A DNA stretch of 64,000 nt, from sequence record SRR20825006_1517; one strand, 5' to 3'. The number at the start of each line of letters is the position of its first letter. The stretch's first letter is position 1. The translations under genes were made by a program, and so were the position numbers. Under the pieces are notes generated by a model. It had not been told where the DNA came from, made no database searches, and saw nothing but the letters and a program-made list of their open reading frames with translations. Positions 46,940 to 57,870 of the stretch are shown piece after piece.

Positions 46940-48340
46940 ATGAAAATAAAATCCACATATAAACTGCTCTTGGTACTTTCGGCGCCACTTTTATTGCAAT
47001 CATGCTTTGTGGCCAAGAATTATTCAAGACCGGAAATAGAGACCGAGAATCTCTACCGAACCGATAATCTGCCAGAGGACAGCATTTCCATGGCCGATGT
47101 ATCTTGGAGGGACCTGTTCAACGATGAACAATTAAAATCATATATAGAACAAGGTCTAGAAAACAACATTGATATTAGAATAGCGCTACAAAATGTAGTG
47201 GCGGCCGAAGCCTATGTAAAGCAAGGAAAGGCTGGATATTACCCTACCCTATCCGGAACGGCTAGCTTTACAAGGACCAAAAACTCCGAAAACAGTCAGT
47301 TTGGTAGTTTTTTCACACGTCCATTGGAACAATATGAATTGTCCGGTAGCCTTTCTTGGGAAGCGGATATTTGGGGTAAGATCAGGAGCAATAAAAGAGC
47401 CTTTAGCGCCTCCTATCTGCAGAGTGTATCGGCGCATCAAGCGGTTAAGACCAACTTGATAGCCAATATTGCCGCTACCTACTATCAATTATTGGCACTG
47501 GACAAACAATTGGAGGTTGCTAATCAAACCTTGGAAGCCAGAAAGAACAGTTTGGAGACCACAGTAGCGTTAAAAGATGCCGGGCAGGTGACCGAGGTGG
47601 CCGTAAAGCAGACCGAGGCACAGGTACATACGACCGAAATAATTGTAATCGACCTTGAGAACAACATTAAGTTGCTCGAAAATGCCTTCAGTATATTACT
47701 GGGCGAGGCGCCGCAAAAAATTCAACGTGGTAAATTGGACGACCAATCCATCGAAACTGAGTTGAGCACAGGTGTTCCTTATTTGCTTCTTGCCAACCGC
47801 CCCGACGTAATGCAGGCAGAATATGGCCTAATCAACGCTTTTGAATTGACCAATGTGGCAAAGAGCAGTCTATATCCTTCCTTAAGCCTTTCCGCCACTG
47901 GCGGCTTTCAGAGTCTCGAATTTGATAATTGGTTAGATGCCAGTTCACTATTTTCGACTTTGGTCGGCTCGCTGACCCAGCCTATTTTCAATGGCAGACG
48001 ATTAAGAACGCAAATGGAAGTAGCCAAGGCACAGCAGGAACAGGCACTGTTAAATTACAAACAAGCTTTGCTTACAGCGGGTAGAGAGGTCAGCGATGCC
48101 CTCTACACTTATGAAGCTGAGACCGAAAAATTGGAAGCTCGCTCCAAGGAACTCGATGCATACGCCACAGCAGAAGATTATTCCGAAGAACTGCTGAACA
48201 ATGGTCTGGCCAATTATTTGGAAGTATTGACCGCACGTCAAAATGCATTGAACTCCGAGCTTAACTTGGTAGACTCACAATATTTACGATTGAGTGCCAT
48301 TGTGGAACTGTACAGGGCCCTAGGAGGGGGCTGGAAATAA
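46940..48340 (+). CDS. RND outer-membrane factor lipoprotein (NodT/OprM type)
   Basis: Lipobox LQSC, WEADIWGK, RPDV and LYRALGGGW motifs. Confidence 0.93.
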   Translation: MKIKSTYKLLLVLSAPLLLQSCFVAKNYSRPEIETENLYRTDNLPEDSISMADVSWRDLFNDEQLKSYIEQGLENNIDIRIALQNVVAAEAYVKQGKAGYYPTLSGTASFTRTKNSENSQFGSFFTRPLEQYELSGSLSWEADIWGKIRSNKRAFSASYLQSVSAHQAVKTNLIANIAATYYQLLALDKQLEVANQTLEARKNSLETTVALKDAGQVTEVAVKQTEAQVHTTEIIVIDLENNIKLLENAFSILLGEAPQKIQRGKLDDQSIETELSTGVPYLLLANRPDVMQAEYGLINAFELTNVAKSSLYPSLSLSATGGFQSLEFDNWLDASSLFSTLVGSLTQPIFNGRRLRTQMEVAKAQQEQALLNYKQALLTAGREVSDALYTYEAETEKLEARSKELDAYATAEDYSEELLNNGLANYLEVLTARQNALNSELNLVDSQYLRLSAIVELYRALGGGWK

Positions 48341-48352
48341 AATTTTTGCTCC

Positions 48353-48955
48353 GTGGGGGATAAAAAGAACATATTGGTCTATGCCATCAAGAACTTCACC
48401 AAGTTTGGAAGTAAGCGTTTCTCCATGGATGAATTGGCCTCAAACCTAGGTATTTCCAAAAAAACCTTATATAAGCATTTCAACAGTAAAGAAAAATTGG
48501 TAAAGGAAAGTCTTCAGTACTATTTGGGAAATATTAAGGCCAATGTGGACAATTACATACTTGAAAACCCTAATGAAGAAAAGCCACTTACCACAATAAT
48601 TTTTATTTATAAACAAGGGTTGATCACTTTTCAGGAGATCAACCCTGCTTTTTTATACGGGCTCCATAAATACTATCCGGAGGCCTATGAAATATATTCC
48701 CAGTTAAAAAAAGATATTGTTTGGGATATTGTTTGCCCGCTATTACAAAAAGCACAACGATTGGGACAAGTAAGAAAAAATGTAAACGTCCAATTGGTCT
48801 GTACCCTTTTTTTGTCCCGGATGGAAGAGACCGTCTATTCAAAACCAAATTTATTTGACGAATACAGCATTCATGAATTGTTGGAGCATATTATTATCAA
48901 CAATCTAAGAGGCATACTTACGTTGGAATATCTGCAAAAAAGCCCCCTTCAGTAG
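48353..48955 (+). CDS. TetR/AcrR family regulator
   Basis: SMDELASNLGISKKTLYKHF helix-turn-helix. Confidence 0.9.
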   Translation: MGDKKNILVYAIKNFTKFGSKRFSMDELASNLGISKKTLYKHFNSKEKLVKESLQYYLGNIKANVDNYILENPNEEKPLTTIIFIYKQGLITFQEINPAFLYGLHKYYPEAYEIYSQLKKDIVWDIVCPLLQKAQRLGQVRKNVNVQLVCTLFLSRMEETVYSKPNLFDEYSIHELLEHIIINNLRGILTLEYLQKSPLQ

Positions 48956-49093
48956 TCTTCAGACTGTCAAATCCTTAAATAACACTTCGGAATTTTAACA
49001 TATTCGTTCTCAAATAGCTGATTTTTACGTTTTTAGCATTGATTTTAACAAGATCATCGTCTAATTTTAAATTCTTCTAAAAACTAAAAACCA

Positions 49094-50293
49094 ATGGGAA
49101 CTACAACTAGCATCAACAGACGTGATTGGATAAGAAAAAGTATGCTCACTGCCGGCGGTGCAATGGCGCTGCCGTATATTGGATTGGCAGAAACACCAAA
49201 AGCACCTTTGACCCTCGATGCAGAGGGCAACGCAATCTACAGTCCTTTCTTTAAAGAATATCTACCGAAACCGGAAGCTGCCTTTCCTGAATTGGCCGCT
49301 AAGCTCAATGCCAATGAGAATCCTTATGGGCCTTCTCCAATGGCCTTGGAGGCCTTTAAGAATTCTGCTTCGGGAGGTAACAGATATGCTTGGAAAGAAT
49401 TGTTTCAACTTGTGGACAAGATTGCCGATTTTGAAGGAGTAGAGAGCAAAAACGTTATGATGGGCCCAGGCTCGTCCGACCTCTTGGAAAAAACGGCCAT
49501 GGTTTTCTTTATGAACGGTGGCAACGTGGTTTCCGCAGATCCGGCCTATATGTCCCTTATTCGTGTGGCAGAGTCCGTAGGGGCCACTTGGAAACCAGTA
49601 CCCTTGAAGGATGATTGGTCGCACGACCTTGATGCAATGGAAGCCGCCATTGATGATGACACCAAGTTGGTTTACATCTGTAACCCGAACAATCCTACCG
49701 GATCTATGACAGACCATGATAAATTGATCGATTTTTGTTCAAGAGTATCCGAAAAAGTACCCGTATTTGTTGATGAAGCTTATTTATGGTTCTTGGAAGA
49801 CGGAGCCAAAAAGAGTATGGTATCCTTGGTAAGCGAAGGGAAAGATGTGATCATCGCCAGAACTTTCTCCAAAATACACGGTATGGCCGGTTTACGTGTG
49901 GGCTATGCTGTTGCCTTGGAAGAAACTCTCGCCAGAATACAAAAAATTACCCGTGGTGGTATGGGCATTTCACTTCCATCAGTTTACGCCGCTATGGCTG
50001 CGATGGATGATAACGCATTTATAGAGAAGTCCCGCAGTCTTAACGCTGAATGTAGGGAATATGTGTACAAGAGTTTAGATAATTTAGGCATCACCTCTTA
50101 TGTTCCTTCTTCTACAAGTTTTATCATTTTCCCTATTGAAATGGAAGGACAAGCATTCTTGGAACAAATGACAGAGTTGAAGGTGGGTGTTCGTGCTTTC
50201 CAGTTTATGGACCAAAATTGGTGCCGTGTAAGTATGGGAACCATGGATGAAATGAAAACGTTTACCGCCGCACTCAATAAAGTGTTGGTATAG
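49094..50293 (+). CDS. HisC-like PLP-dependent aminotransferase with Tat signal
   Basis: NRRDWIRK twin-arginine leader; NENP, CNPNNPTG, DEAY and RTFSKIHGMAGLRVG motifs. Confidence 0.88.
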   Translation: MGTTTSINRRDWIRKSMLTAGGAMALPYIGLAETPKAPLTLDAEGNAIYSPFFKEYLPKPEAAFPELAAKLNANENPYGPSPMALEAFKNSASGGNRYAWKELFQLVDKIADFEGVESKNVMMGPGSSDLLEKTAMVFFMNGGNVVSADPAYMSLIRVAESVGATWKPVPLKDDWSHDLDAMEAAIDDDTKLVYICNPNNPTGSMTDHDKLIDFCSRVSEKVPVFVDEAYLWFLEDGAKKSMVSLVSEGKDVIIARTFSKIHGMAGLRVGYAVALEETLARIQKITRGGMGISLPSVYAAMAAMDDNAFIEKSRSLNAECREYVYKSLDNLGITSYVPSSTSFIIFPIEMEGQAFLEQMTELKVGVRAFQFMDQNWCRVSMGTMDEMKTFTAALNKVLV

Positions 50294-51432
50294 TGGATAT
50301 AGGTATTCAAAAAACTATTGTATTTCTTTTTTTCATCTTAATTGGAGTACTGCTTAAAGTCAAGTTCAAATCCAAAGAGGAAATTTCTGGAATAAAAAAA
50401 ATAATTCTGAACCTTGCCCTTCCAGCGACCATTTTTATTGCGTTGTTGGGGGTTAAGGTCGAGTTACATTTATTAATATTGCCTTTATTGGCCCTTGGGC
50501 TCAACCTATTGTTGTTTTTTTCCATGCCTGTTATTTTGCCCCTTATGGGCATTGGAAAAGGAACCTCGGAGTACAGGACCGCCAAACTATTGGTGCCCTC
50601 TTTGGCACCTGGATTGTCGTCTTTCCCCTTTATTTTGGAGTTTCTCGGCGAAGAATATTTGGCCAAGGCAGCTATGTCCGACCTTGGAAATAAGGTTTTT
50701 GTACTCTTTTTTCTCTACTTAGTGGCCATGAATTGGCATTACGGTCTTCAATTAGATAAAAAGAAGAATGGAGGAACCAAATTGAAGCCATTGATCAAAG
50801 CAATGGTCTCGGAACCTGTAAATGTATTCATCGCGGCAGCACTTGTTTTACTTGCTTTTGGACTACATATGGATTCCCTTCCCTTCTTTTTGAGCGAAAC
50901 CCTTGAAAAATTAAGCTTGATCATGACGCCGTTGGTATTACTCTTTATAGGTCTTGCCGTAAAAATCAAAAGAAAACAGTTCTTCCAGATTTTTTGCTTG
51001 CTCTGTACACGTGCAGGCTTGGTACTGTTGATTTCAGCGATATTCGTAACGGTAGCCGGAATAGAAGCCCGGAATGAAATATTGTTGACCATGGCCTTTG
51101 GACTTAGTGCCTGTAGTTTTTGGCCCTATGCCCACATCGCCGCCGTGGATAGCATGGAAATGGACAAAAAGTCGAAAAGAAGGACATTTAGTGGCGATTT
51201 TGGAGTGGCAATTCTAGCATTGTCGTTCCCACTTTCAACAATGCTCATATTGGCAACCTTGAACAGTGGGTCATTCTTTGTCAATCCCGTCAATATTTTT
51301 ATGGTCGCCGTTGCTCTTTTAGGGATTGGTTTTATAATTCCCCTGTGCAGTGGTATCAGTAAAAAAAAGTGGTCGGAGCAAAAATTGATCGACCATGAAA
51401 TAAGTTCGGCTGCCACAGAAAAAGCTGCTTAG
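50293..51432 (+). CDS. AEC (auxin efflux carrier)-like permease
   Basis: LNLALPATIF motif, about ten transmembrane segments, PLVLLFIG. Confidence 0.75.
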   Translation: MDIGIQKTIVFLFFILIGVLLKVKFKSKEEISGIKKIILNLALPATIFIALLGVKVELHLLILPLLALGLNLLLFFSMPVILPLMGIGKGTSEYRTAKLLVPSLAPGLSSFPFILEFLGEEYLAKAAMSDLGNKVFVLFFLYLVAMNWHYGLQLDKKKNGGTKLKPLIKAMVSEPVNVFIAAALVLLAFGLHMDSLPFFLSETLEKLSLIMTPLVLLFIGLAVKIKRKQFFQIFCLLCTRAGLVLLISAIFVTVAGIEARNEILLTMAFGLSACSFWPYAHIAAVDSMEMDKKSKRRTFSGDFGVAILALSFPLSTMLILATLNSGSFFVNPVNIFMVAVALLGIGFIIPLCSGISKKKWSEQKLIDHEISSAATEKAA

Positions 51433-51487
51433 TCATTTTAGCATATTTTTCTTTCTAATTCCCTATTTTTAAGAAAACCAGGAAATT

Positions 51488-52783
51488 ATGAGACAACTGT
51501 TCATCACTGTTCTTTCCATTCTTTTAATTGGGACCCTATCAGCTCAGCAATCCAACGTAAAAGTCGACCAAGACCGTCTTGAAAAGAGAATTTTCGACCT
51601 TGCAGAATTTGGGATTCAACCAAATGGCGAAACGGAGCGTGTTGCTTTTAGCGATGCTGATATAGAGGCTAGAAATTGGGTGATCAAGACGCTAAAAGAT
51701 TTTGGAATGGCGGTGATGGTAGACCCGGCTGGAAACATTATTGGGACGAGAAACGGGAAAAACCCTTCTTTAAAACCAATTGCCTTTGGTTCCCATATCG
51801 ACAGGGTACCGAACGGAGGAAATTATGATGGCTGTGTGGGCTCAATGGCCGCTTTGGAAGTTATCGAAACTTTGAACGAAAATAATATTACCACCAACCA
51901 CCCTCTTGAGGTCATCATTTTTCCGAATGAAGAGGGCGGTGTTATGGGAAGCAGGGCCATGGCGGGCAATTTGGGAAAATCCGCACTTGGGGTGGTCAAC
52001 TCCACCGGTTATTCCATGGGCGAAGGCATTATGCGTATGGGTGGAGATACCACAAAACTGAACGAGGCCAAGCGAGAAAAGGGTAGCTTGGCGGCCTTCT
52101 TGGAACTTCATATTGAACAAGGGGGCAAACTCGAAAAAGAAGGCTTGGACATTGGGGTAGTAGAAGGTATTGTAGGCCTCAATTGGTGGGATGTGGTCTT
52201 TACAGGTTCTGCCAATCACGCAGGCACCACACCAATGAACGCTAGACAGGATGCACTCTTGGCAGCTGCCAAATATATTGTGGCGGTAAACGAGATCACC
52301 AATAGCTTCGAGGGAACTCAAGTAGGTACAGTAGGACGAATCAAAGCGGAGCCTGGAGCACCCAATGTAATACCGGGAAAGGTGACTGCCAGTCTTGAAA
52401 TCCGTGACCTCTCTTTGGAAGTGATTCAAAAAGTATATCAGGCCATCAAGAAAAAAACCGAGGAAATAGCCGAAGCTTCCAAGGTTACCGTTGCGTTTTT
52501 ACCGTTGGACACCACAGCAGAACCGGCCCTAACGGATACCGGTATTCAAAAAGAAATAGCGTCATCCGCCAAGTCTTTAGGATTGACTTATCAATACATG
52601 CCCAGTGGTGCCGGCCATGATGCACAGGATATATCCAGATTTGCTCCCGCTGGGATGATTTTTGTTCCCAGCAAGAGAGGTATCAGTCATTCTCCAAAAG
52701 AATTTACATCCGCAAAAGATATGGCCAACGGAGCCAATGTGCTCTTGCACTCGATTTTGTCTTTGGATAAGAAATTGGATTAA
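51488..52783 (+). CDS. M20-family Zn amidohydrolase (N-carbamoylase/allantoate type) with Sec signal
   Basis: GSHID, GNYDG, NEEG, ELHIEQG, NHAGTTPM and SGAGHDAQ motifs. Confidence 0.9.
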   Translation: MRQLFITVLSILLIGTLSAQQSNVKVDQDRLEKRIFDLAEFGIQPNGETERVAFSDADIEARNWVIKTLKDFGMAVMVDPAGNIIGTRNGKNPSLKPIAFGSHIDRVPNGGNYDGCVGSMAALEVIETLNENNITTNHPLEVIIFPNEEGGVMGSRAMAGNLGKSALGVVNSTGYSMGEGIMRMGGDTTKLNEAKREKGSLAAFLELHIEQGGKLEKEGLDIGVVEGIVGLNWWDVVFTGSANHAGTTPMNARQDALLAAAKYIVAVNEITNSFEGTQVGTVGRIKAEPGAPNVIPGKVTASLEIRDLSLEVIQKVYQAIKKKTEEIAEASKVTVAFLPLDTTAEPALTDTGIQKEIASSAKSLGLTYQYMPSGAGHDAQDISRFAPAGMIFVPSKRGISHSPKEFTSAKDMANGANVLLHSILSLDKKLD

Positions 52784-52785
52784 TC

Positions 52786-53460
52786 TTACTTTACAATTGT
52801 TGAGATTATTTTTCTAGTGGCATTCGCAATCAAACCAATGCTCAACCAGTAGGTGCTCAAAATCAATGGCCCTGAGAGGTAAAAAGGAGTCTTGAATTTC
52901 GCAATCGCCAATAAGGTGTCCGAAAACATAAAAAATAGTACGGCCATAGCCAAAAGAGCATGTGCGTTGTTCCTTTTCCTCATATACAGGCCCACTCCTT
53001 GCCATGCCATAAAAGTGATTATCAACACATAAATGGAAACAGGTAGCAACAAGTCACCTAAATCCGGTCTTAACCAATAGAACAGAACTCCGGCTATACC
53101 GAAAAGAACTAGAAAAGCAATCCAATTCTTATAAAACCCCATATATTGTACAAATGATATGGAGAAAAGAATATGCGCCAATAGAAAAGCTCCTAGCCCA
53201 AATAAAAAATATGCATCAAACAGCAACAGTACATCACCCAACAAACAGAACACCAAACCAACGATAACCAATCTTCCAAATGTAACATGACCATTCTTTG
53301 GAGCAAAAAATGGTACGGCAATCACGAAAATCGTGGTCAATGGTTTGAAGAACGTGAAAAGCTCTCTCTCATTGGAAAGTCCAAAATAAATGGCCAAACA
53401 TGCAGAAACCAATATAAAGATATTGATGAGCCACGTTGTTTTATTTGTTTCGGCTACCAT
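52786..53460 (-). CDS. Lysoplasmalogenase (YhhN family)
   Basis: KP, GDVLL, FLLAH, FMFSD and STYW motifs. Confidence 0.88.
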   Translation of the reverse strand: MVAETNKTTWLINIFILVSACLAIYFGLSNERELFTFFKPLTTIFVIAVPFFAPKNGHVTFGRLVIVGLVFCLLGDVLLLFDAYFLFGLGAFLLAHILFSISFVQYMGFYKNWIAFLVLFGIAGVLFYWLRPDLGDLLLPVSIYVLIITFMAWQGVGLYMRKRNNAHALLAMAVLFFMFSDTLLAIAKFKTPFYLSGPLILSTYWLSIGLIANATRKIISTIVK

Positions 53461-53930
53461 TCCTTAAAAGGTTTTATACTTAATTGGGAATTATAATATT
53501 GTACTTGCCCCGTGACCTCTTGGCCCAGCCAATCCGGTCTTTCAAAACGTTCATCCTCATGTGTGAGCTCCACTTCTGCCAAAAGAAGTCCTTTGTTCTC
53601 TCCCAAAAACTCGTCCACCTCAAACATATGCTTCCCCAAAGGCACTTCAAAACGGACTTTTTCGAGTATACCGGCTTCACACAGGTCGATAAGATTAGCT
53701 GCCTCCGCAACCGAGATTTCGGTCTCCCACTCAAACCGCGTCGTACCCGATTCGTTGCTGGCGCCTTTTACGGTCAAAAAGCCCCTTTCTCCCTTAATCC
53801 TGACCCTAACGGTCCTTTCGGGGTCCGTGTTCAGGAATCCCTGTACAATTCGGGTCTGTGATATGGCCTGCTGTTTGAAGGCCTCCGTTTTTACCAAAAA
53901 CTTTCGTTCTATTTCCAAATGTTCCATCAA
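53454..53930 (-). CDS. CYTH domain protein
   Basis: [12 protein letters not shown] and AEVEL motifs. Confidence 0.92.
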   Translation of the reverse strand: MMEHLEIERKFLVKTEAFKQQAISQTRIVQGFLNTDPERTVRVRIKGERGFLTVKGASNESGTTRFEWETEISVAEAANLIDLCEAGILEKVRFEVPLGKHMFEVDEFLGENKGLLLAEVELTHEDERFERPDWLGQEVTGQVQYYNSQLSIKPFKEW

Positions 53931-53954
53931 ACTAAATATACCCTAAATTTGAAA

Positions 53955-55056
53955 ATGGACTTTGATTTTCCCTTAAGAAAAATAATTCATGTGGACATGG
54001 ATGCCTTTTATGCGTCCGTAGAACAGCATGATAACCCGGAATTAAAAGGGAAGCCCATTGCCGTTGGTGGTGGTTCCAAGCGGGGGGTGGTATCCGCTGC
54101 AAGCTATGAAGCACGAAAATTTGGTGTACGAAGTGCCATGGCAGGCAGTATTGCTGCTAGAAATTGTCCCGAGCTCATATTCGTAAAACCCCGTTTTGAC
54201 CGTTATAAAGAGGTTTCAAAGCAGATTAGAAGTATATTTTTTGAATATACCGATTTGGTAGAGCCCCTTTCCTTGGACGAAGCCTACCTGGATGTGACGG
54301 AAAACAAAAAAGGAAATCCATCGGCCACACTGATCGCAAAAGAAATACGTCAAAAAATATTTGAAAAAACCGGGTTGACGGCCTCGGCAGGAATTTCCAT
54401 AAACAAGTTTATCGCCAAAGTGGCCAGCGATTACAACAAACCCAACGGACAGAAAACCGTAAACCCCGAAGAGGTAATCGAGTTTTTGGAAAACCTGGAC
54501 ATTCGGAAGTTTTATGGCGTGGGAAAGGTGACCGCGGAAAAAATGTACCGCTTGGGAATTTTTCACGGGCAAGGACCTTAAAGAAAAGTCAGCGGATTTC
54601 CTTGATCAGCATTTTGGGAAAAGTGGCGGTCATTATTTTAATGTGGTAAGGGGAATCCATCTAAGTGCCGTAAAGCCACATCGTATTCCGAAATCCGTTG
54701 GGGCGGAACGGACCTTTTTTGAAAATCTGAGCAGTGAAATCTTTATGCTGGAAAAATTGGATAACATTGCAAGCGAACTGGAAAGAAGGCTCCAAAAATC
54801 AAAAATTGCCGGGAAAACGGTCACTTTGAAAATCAAGTACAGCGATTTTACCCTACAGACCCGGAGCAAGACGCTCCCCTATTTTATTGCCAGTAAGGAT
54901 TTGATATTGGAAACCGCCAAGGAGCTTTTATACCAATCTACTTTGGAAAATTCGGTTCGATTGCTGGGTATTTCCTTGGCCAACCTCAACACGGAAAAAG
55001 AAAAAGAACAGCCCAAAAAGGAATCGGTGCTCGTTCAGCTCAAATTTGATTTTTAA
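53955..55056 (+). pseudogene. dinB: DNA polymerase IV, frameshifted (+1 T at 54559-54563)
   Basis: [17 protein letters not shown] and SLDEAY motifs; removing one T restores [12 protein letters not shown], in frame with the KSVGAERTF little-finger ORF. Confidence 0.9.
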
Positions 55057-55082
55057 AAGAAAAGCCCCCCTTTCGGGAGGCT
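55056..55082 (-). terminator. Intrinsic terminator of the M16 peptidase gene
   Basis: Minus strand AGCCTCCC-GAAA-GGGGGGCT followed by TTTCTTTT. Confidence 0.8.
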
Positions 55083-55089
55083 ATCGCAT

Positions 55090-57870
55090 TTAATTCTTGA
55101 TATCCGTTTCCGTAGATTTTACCGCGGGTTTTTTAGGGTTTCCATCGGCATCGATTTCCACAATATTGTCAAACCCAAGGGCATCCAATTTATCGATGAT
55201 CTCTGCACGATCCCCTACCATAAACCAGTTTACTTTTTCGGGCTGCACCACATCATTGCTCACTTTTCTAATATCATCCACAGAAAGGTTTCTTACGTTC
55301 TGATCATATTTTTGATAGTAATCATCTGGTAGATCATACCGAATCAAACTTCTTACCGAACTGTTTACCGAACTATTGGTTTCCCATTGTCCGGGAAGCT
55401 TCAGTACCTGATTGGTCTTTACCTTTTCCAACTCTTCGCTGGTTGCAGGCCTTGTTGAGGTAAATTCGGATATTTCCTTTCTAATTTCGGTCACGGATTC
55501 TGCTGTTTTATCGGTCTGAACCGGTGCATAAACAATGAACGGACGTTCTTCTTTAGATCCCAGTACAAAACCGCCAGCTCCGTAGGACCAGTGTTTGTCT
55601 TCCCTCAAATTCATATTGATTCTGGAAGTAAAATCTCCTCCAAGGATATTCACCATCTGCTCCATTGCAATTTCATTTACCCCACCGTACTTTTCGGTCA
55701 AGTGTCCGGCCAATATCACCGATTGTTGGGATTCTGGTCGGTTCATTAAATAAAGCGTGTTCTTGGAACCGGTTTTGGGCTCGTTGAAAGCAATGGTAGG
55801 AACATCACCTTTCTTCCATTTGCCCAATGTCTTTTCCAATTTGGATTTCAATTCGCTCATTTCCACATCCCCTGTTACTATCAATGTGGAATTGTTCGGC
55901 TTGAACCATGTGTCATAAAAATCGACCACATCTTCCCTTGTCAATTCGGAAACTGTATCCTCATATCCAGTACCCGTGTATGGGCTGCTATAAGGATGGT
56001 CCTCGCCATAAAGATATTTGTTCATCACCCGCAAGGCCATGGTGATTGGCTGCGATTTCTCCTGTTTTATATTGTTGATTTGCTCCTTTTGTAATCGTTC
56101 AAACTCCTTTTGAGGAAATACCGGGTTGAGCAAAACGTCCATGAACAAATCCAGACTGGCATCCAAACTTGGCTTTAGGGTACTCATATATAAATTGGAC
56201 TCATCTTGGCTGGAGAAAGTACTCAAAGAGGCTCCCAAGAGCTGTAATTGCTCGTTTATTTCCAAAGAGGTCTTGTCCTTTGTTCCCTCGTCCATTAGAT
56301 TCATGGCCAAATTTGCCGTTCCGGGACTGGACAAATAATCCGTTTTATACCCGGCATCTGCCACTAGGTTGATGATTACCGTTGGAACGCCCTTCCGTTG
56401 AGCTAACACCACATTGAGCCCATTGGATAGTTCCATACGTTGTAATTCTGGGAATTTTGAACTTTTTGGAGCCCCAAGCTCTGGCAATTTGCTTCTATCC
56501 ACCGAAGATTCTACGACATCATATTCGGGAAAGGGTCGGCAGATCAAAACATGTTTGCCTTTTGTCAGCCATTTTTCTGCGGTCTTTCTAAGGTTTTCGG
56601 CCGTGGCATCTTCAACATACTTTAATTGTGTTTTGTAGTACGATGCATCACCATGGTAGGTTTGGTTAGAGGCAAGAATATCCGAGACCCCTCCGAATCC
56701 ACCGATTCGCTCCAAACCTTTGATAAAGTTGGCAAAATAATTGGCTTTTACCCTTTTCAGTTCTTCTTCGGTAGGTCCCTCTTTGATAAACCTCTCTATT
56801 TCGGCCTCGAGTTCTCCTTCCAATTTTGCCGCATCTTCTCCTTGTTTTACATCGAGCCAAGTGATAAATTGACTAGCTATTTCACTTGAAGATTGAAAAG
56901 AGACCGCGGCACTGGCCGATTGGTCTTGATAGATAAATTTTTGATACAACCTTGAGTTTTTTCCACTGGTCAAAATGGCAGAAATCAAATCAAAATGTAG
57001 GTCTTCCCTTGATCCAAATGGAGGTGTGTTCCAAGCGAACAATACTCTGGTCTCCGGAACACGGTCTTGGTATTCTTGACGCGAATCATAAATTTTATTA
57101 GGTATGTTCACCTCTTGTCTTTCCACTGTGGGTCCAGCAGGGATATCTCCAAAGTATTTAATCACTTTTTGATGCACTTCTTCGGCATCAATGTCCCCTG
57201 CGACGGCGACCACCGCATTGGCAGCGCCATAATAGGATTTGAACCACTCTTGCACGTCTTCCAACGAAGCGGCGTTCAAATCTTCCATTTCTCCGATTAC
57301 GGTCCAGGAATAGGGGTGCCCTTTCGGATACATGGCCTTGGTCAAATAATCCCATTGCATACCATAAGGTTGGTTTTCGCCTTGCCTTTTTTCATTTTGA
57401 ACAACCCCACGTTGTTCATCCAGTTTTTCTTGGTCGATCGCTCCCAACAAGTGCCCCATACGGTCAGATTCCAAAAACAAAACTTGGTCCAAGGCGGAAA
57501 CAGGCACATTTTGGAAGTAGTTGGTTCGGTCCGTGTTGGTTGTTCCGTTCAAATCGGTACCCCCGATGCTCTCCAATGCTTGAAAATAATCGGTGTTGTA
57601 GTTCTCACTTCCGTTGAACATCAAATGTTCGAACAAATGGGCGAAGCCGCTTTTTCCAGGTTTTTCATTTTTGGACCCTACGTGGTACCAAACGTTCACC
57701 GCGGCAATTGGTGCTTTGTGATCTTCATGGACCAAAAGCGTGAGTCCATTTTTTAAAGTGTAGGTTTTGTAATCGATGTCGATGTCATCCGCTTTGAACT
57801 GAAATCCTTGTCCAAAACCCATGGAACAGGACAAAAGGCCCACAATAGAGGCCAGAAGTAATTTTTTCAT
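55090..57870 (-). CDS. M16 family zinc metallopeptidase (PqqL-like)
   Basis: Signal peptide, HLFEH inverted zincin motif, VQNEKR and LREDKHWSYG motifs. Confidence 0.93.
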   Translation of the reverse strand: MKKLLLASIVGLLSCSMGFGQGFQFKADDIDIDYKTYTLKNGLTLLVHEDHKAPIAAVNVWYHVGSKNEKPGKSGFAHLFEHLMFNGSENYNTDYFQALESIGGTDLNGTTNTDRTNYFQNVPVSALDQVLFLESDRMGHLLGAIDQEKLDEQRGVVQNEKRQGENQPYGMQWDYLTKAMYPKGHPYSWTVIGEMEDLNAASLEDVQEWFKSYYGAANAVVAVAGDIDAEEVHQKVIKYFGDIPAGPTVERQEVNIPNKIYDSRQEYQDRVPETRVLFAWNTPPFGSREDLHFDLISAILTSGKNSRLYQKFIYQDQSASAAVSFQSSSEIASQFITWLDVKQGEDAAKLEGELEAEIERFIKEGPTEEELKRVKANYFANFIKGLERIGGFGGVSDILASNQTYHGDASYYKTQLKYVEDATAENLRKTAEKWLTKGKHVLICRPFPEYDVVESSVDRSKLPELGAPKSSKFPELQRMELSNGLNVVLAQRKGVPTVIINLVADAGYKTDYLSSPGTANLAMNLMDEGTKDKTSLEINEQLQLLGASLSTFSSQDESNLYMSTLKPSLDASLDLFMDVLLNPVFPQKEFERLQKEQINNIKQEKSQPITMALRVMNKYLYGEDHPYSSPYTGTGYEDTVSELTREDVVDFYDTWFKPNNSTLIVTGDVEMSELKSKLEKTLGKWKKGDVPTIAFNEPKTGSKNTLYLMNRPESQQSVILAGHLTEKYGGVNEIAMEQMVNILGGDFTSRINMNLREDKHWSYGAGGFVLGSKEERPFIVYAPVQTDKTAESVTEIRKEISEFTSTRPATSEELEKVKTNQVLKLPGQWETNSSVNSSVRSLIRYDLPDDYYQKYDQNVRNLSVDDIRKVSNDVVQPEKVNWFMVGDRAEIIDKLDALGFDNIVEIDADGNPKKPAVKSTETDIKN

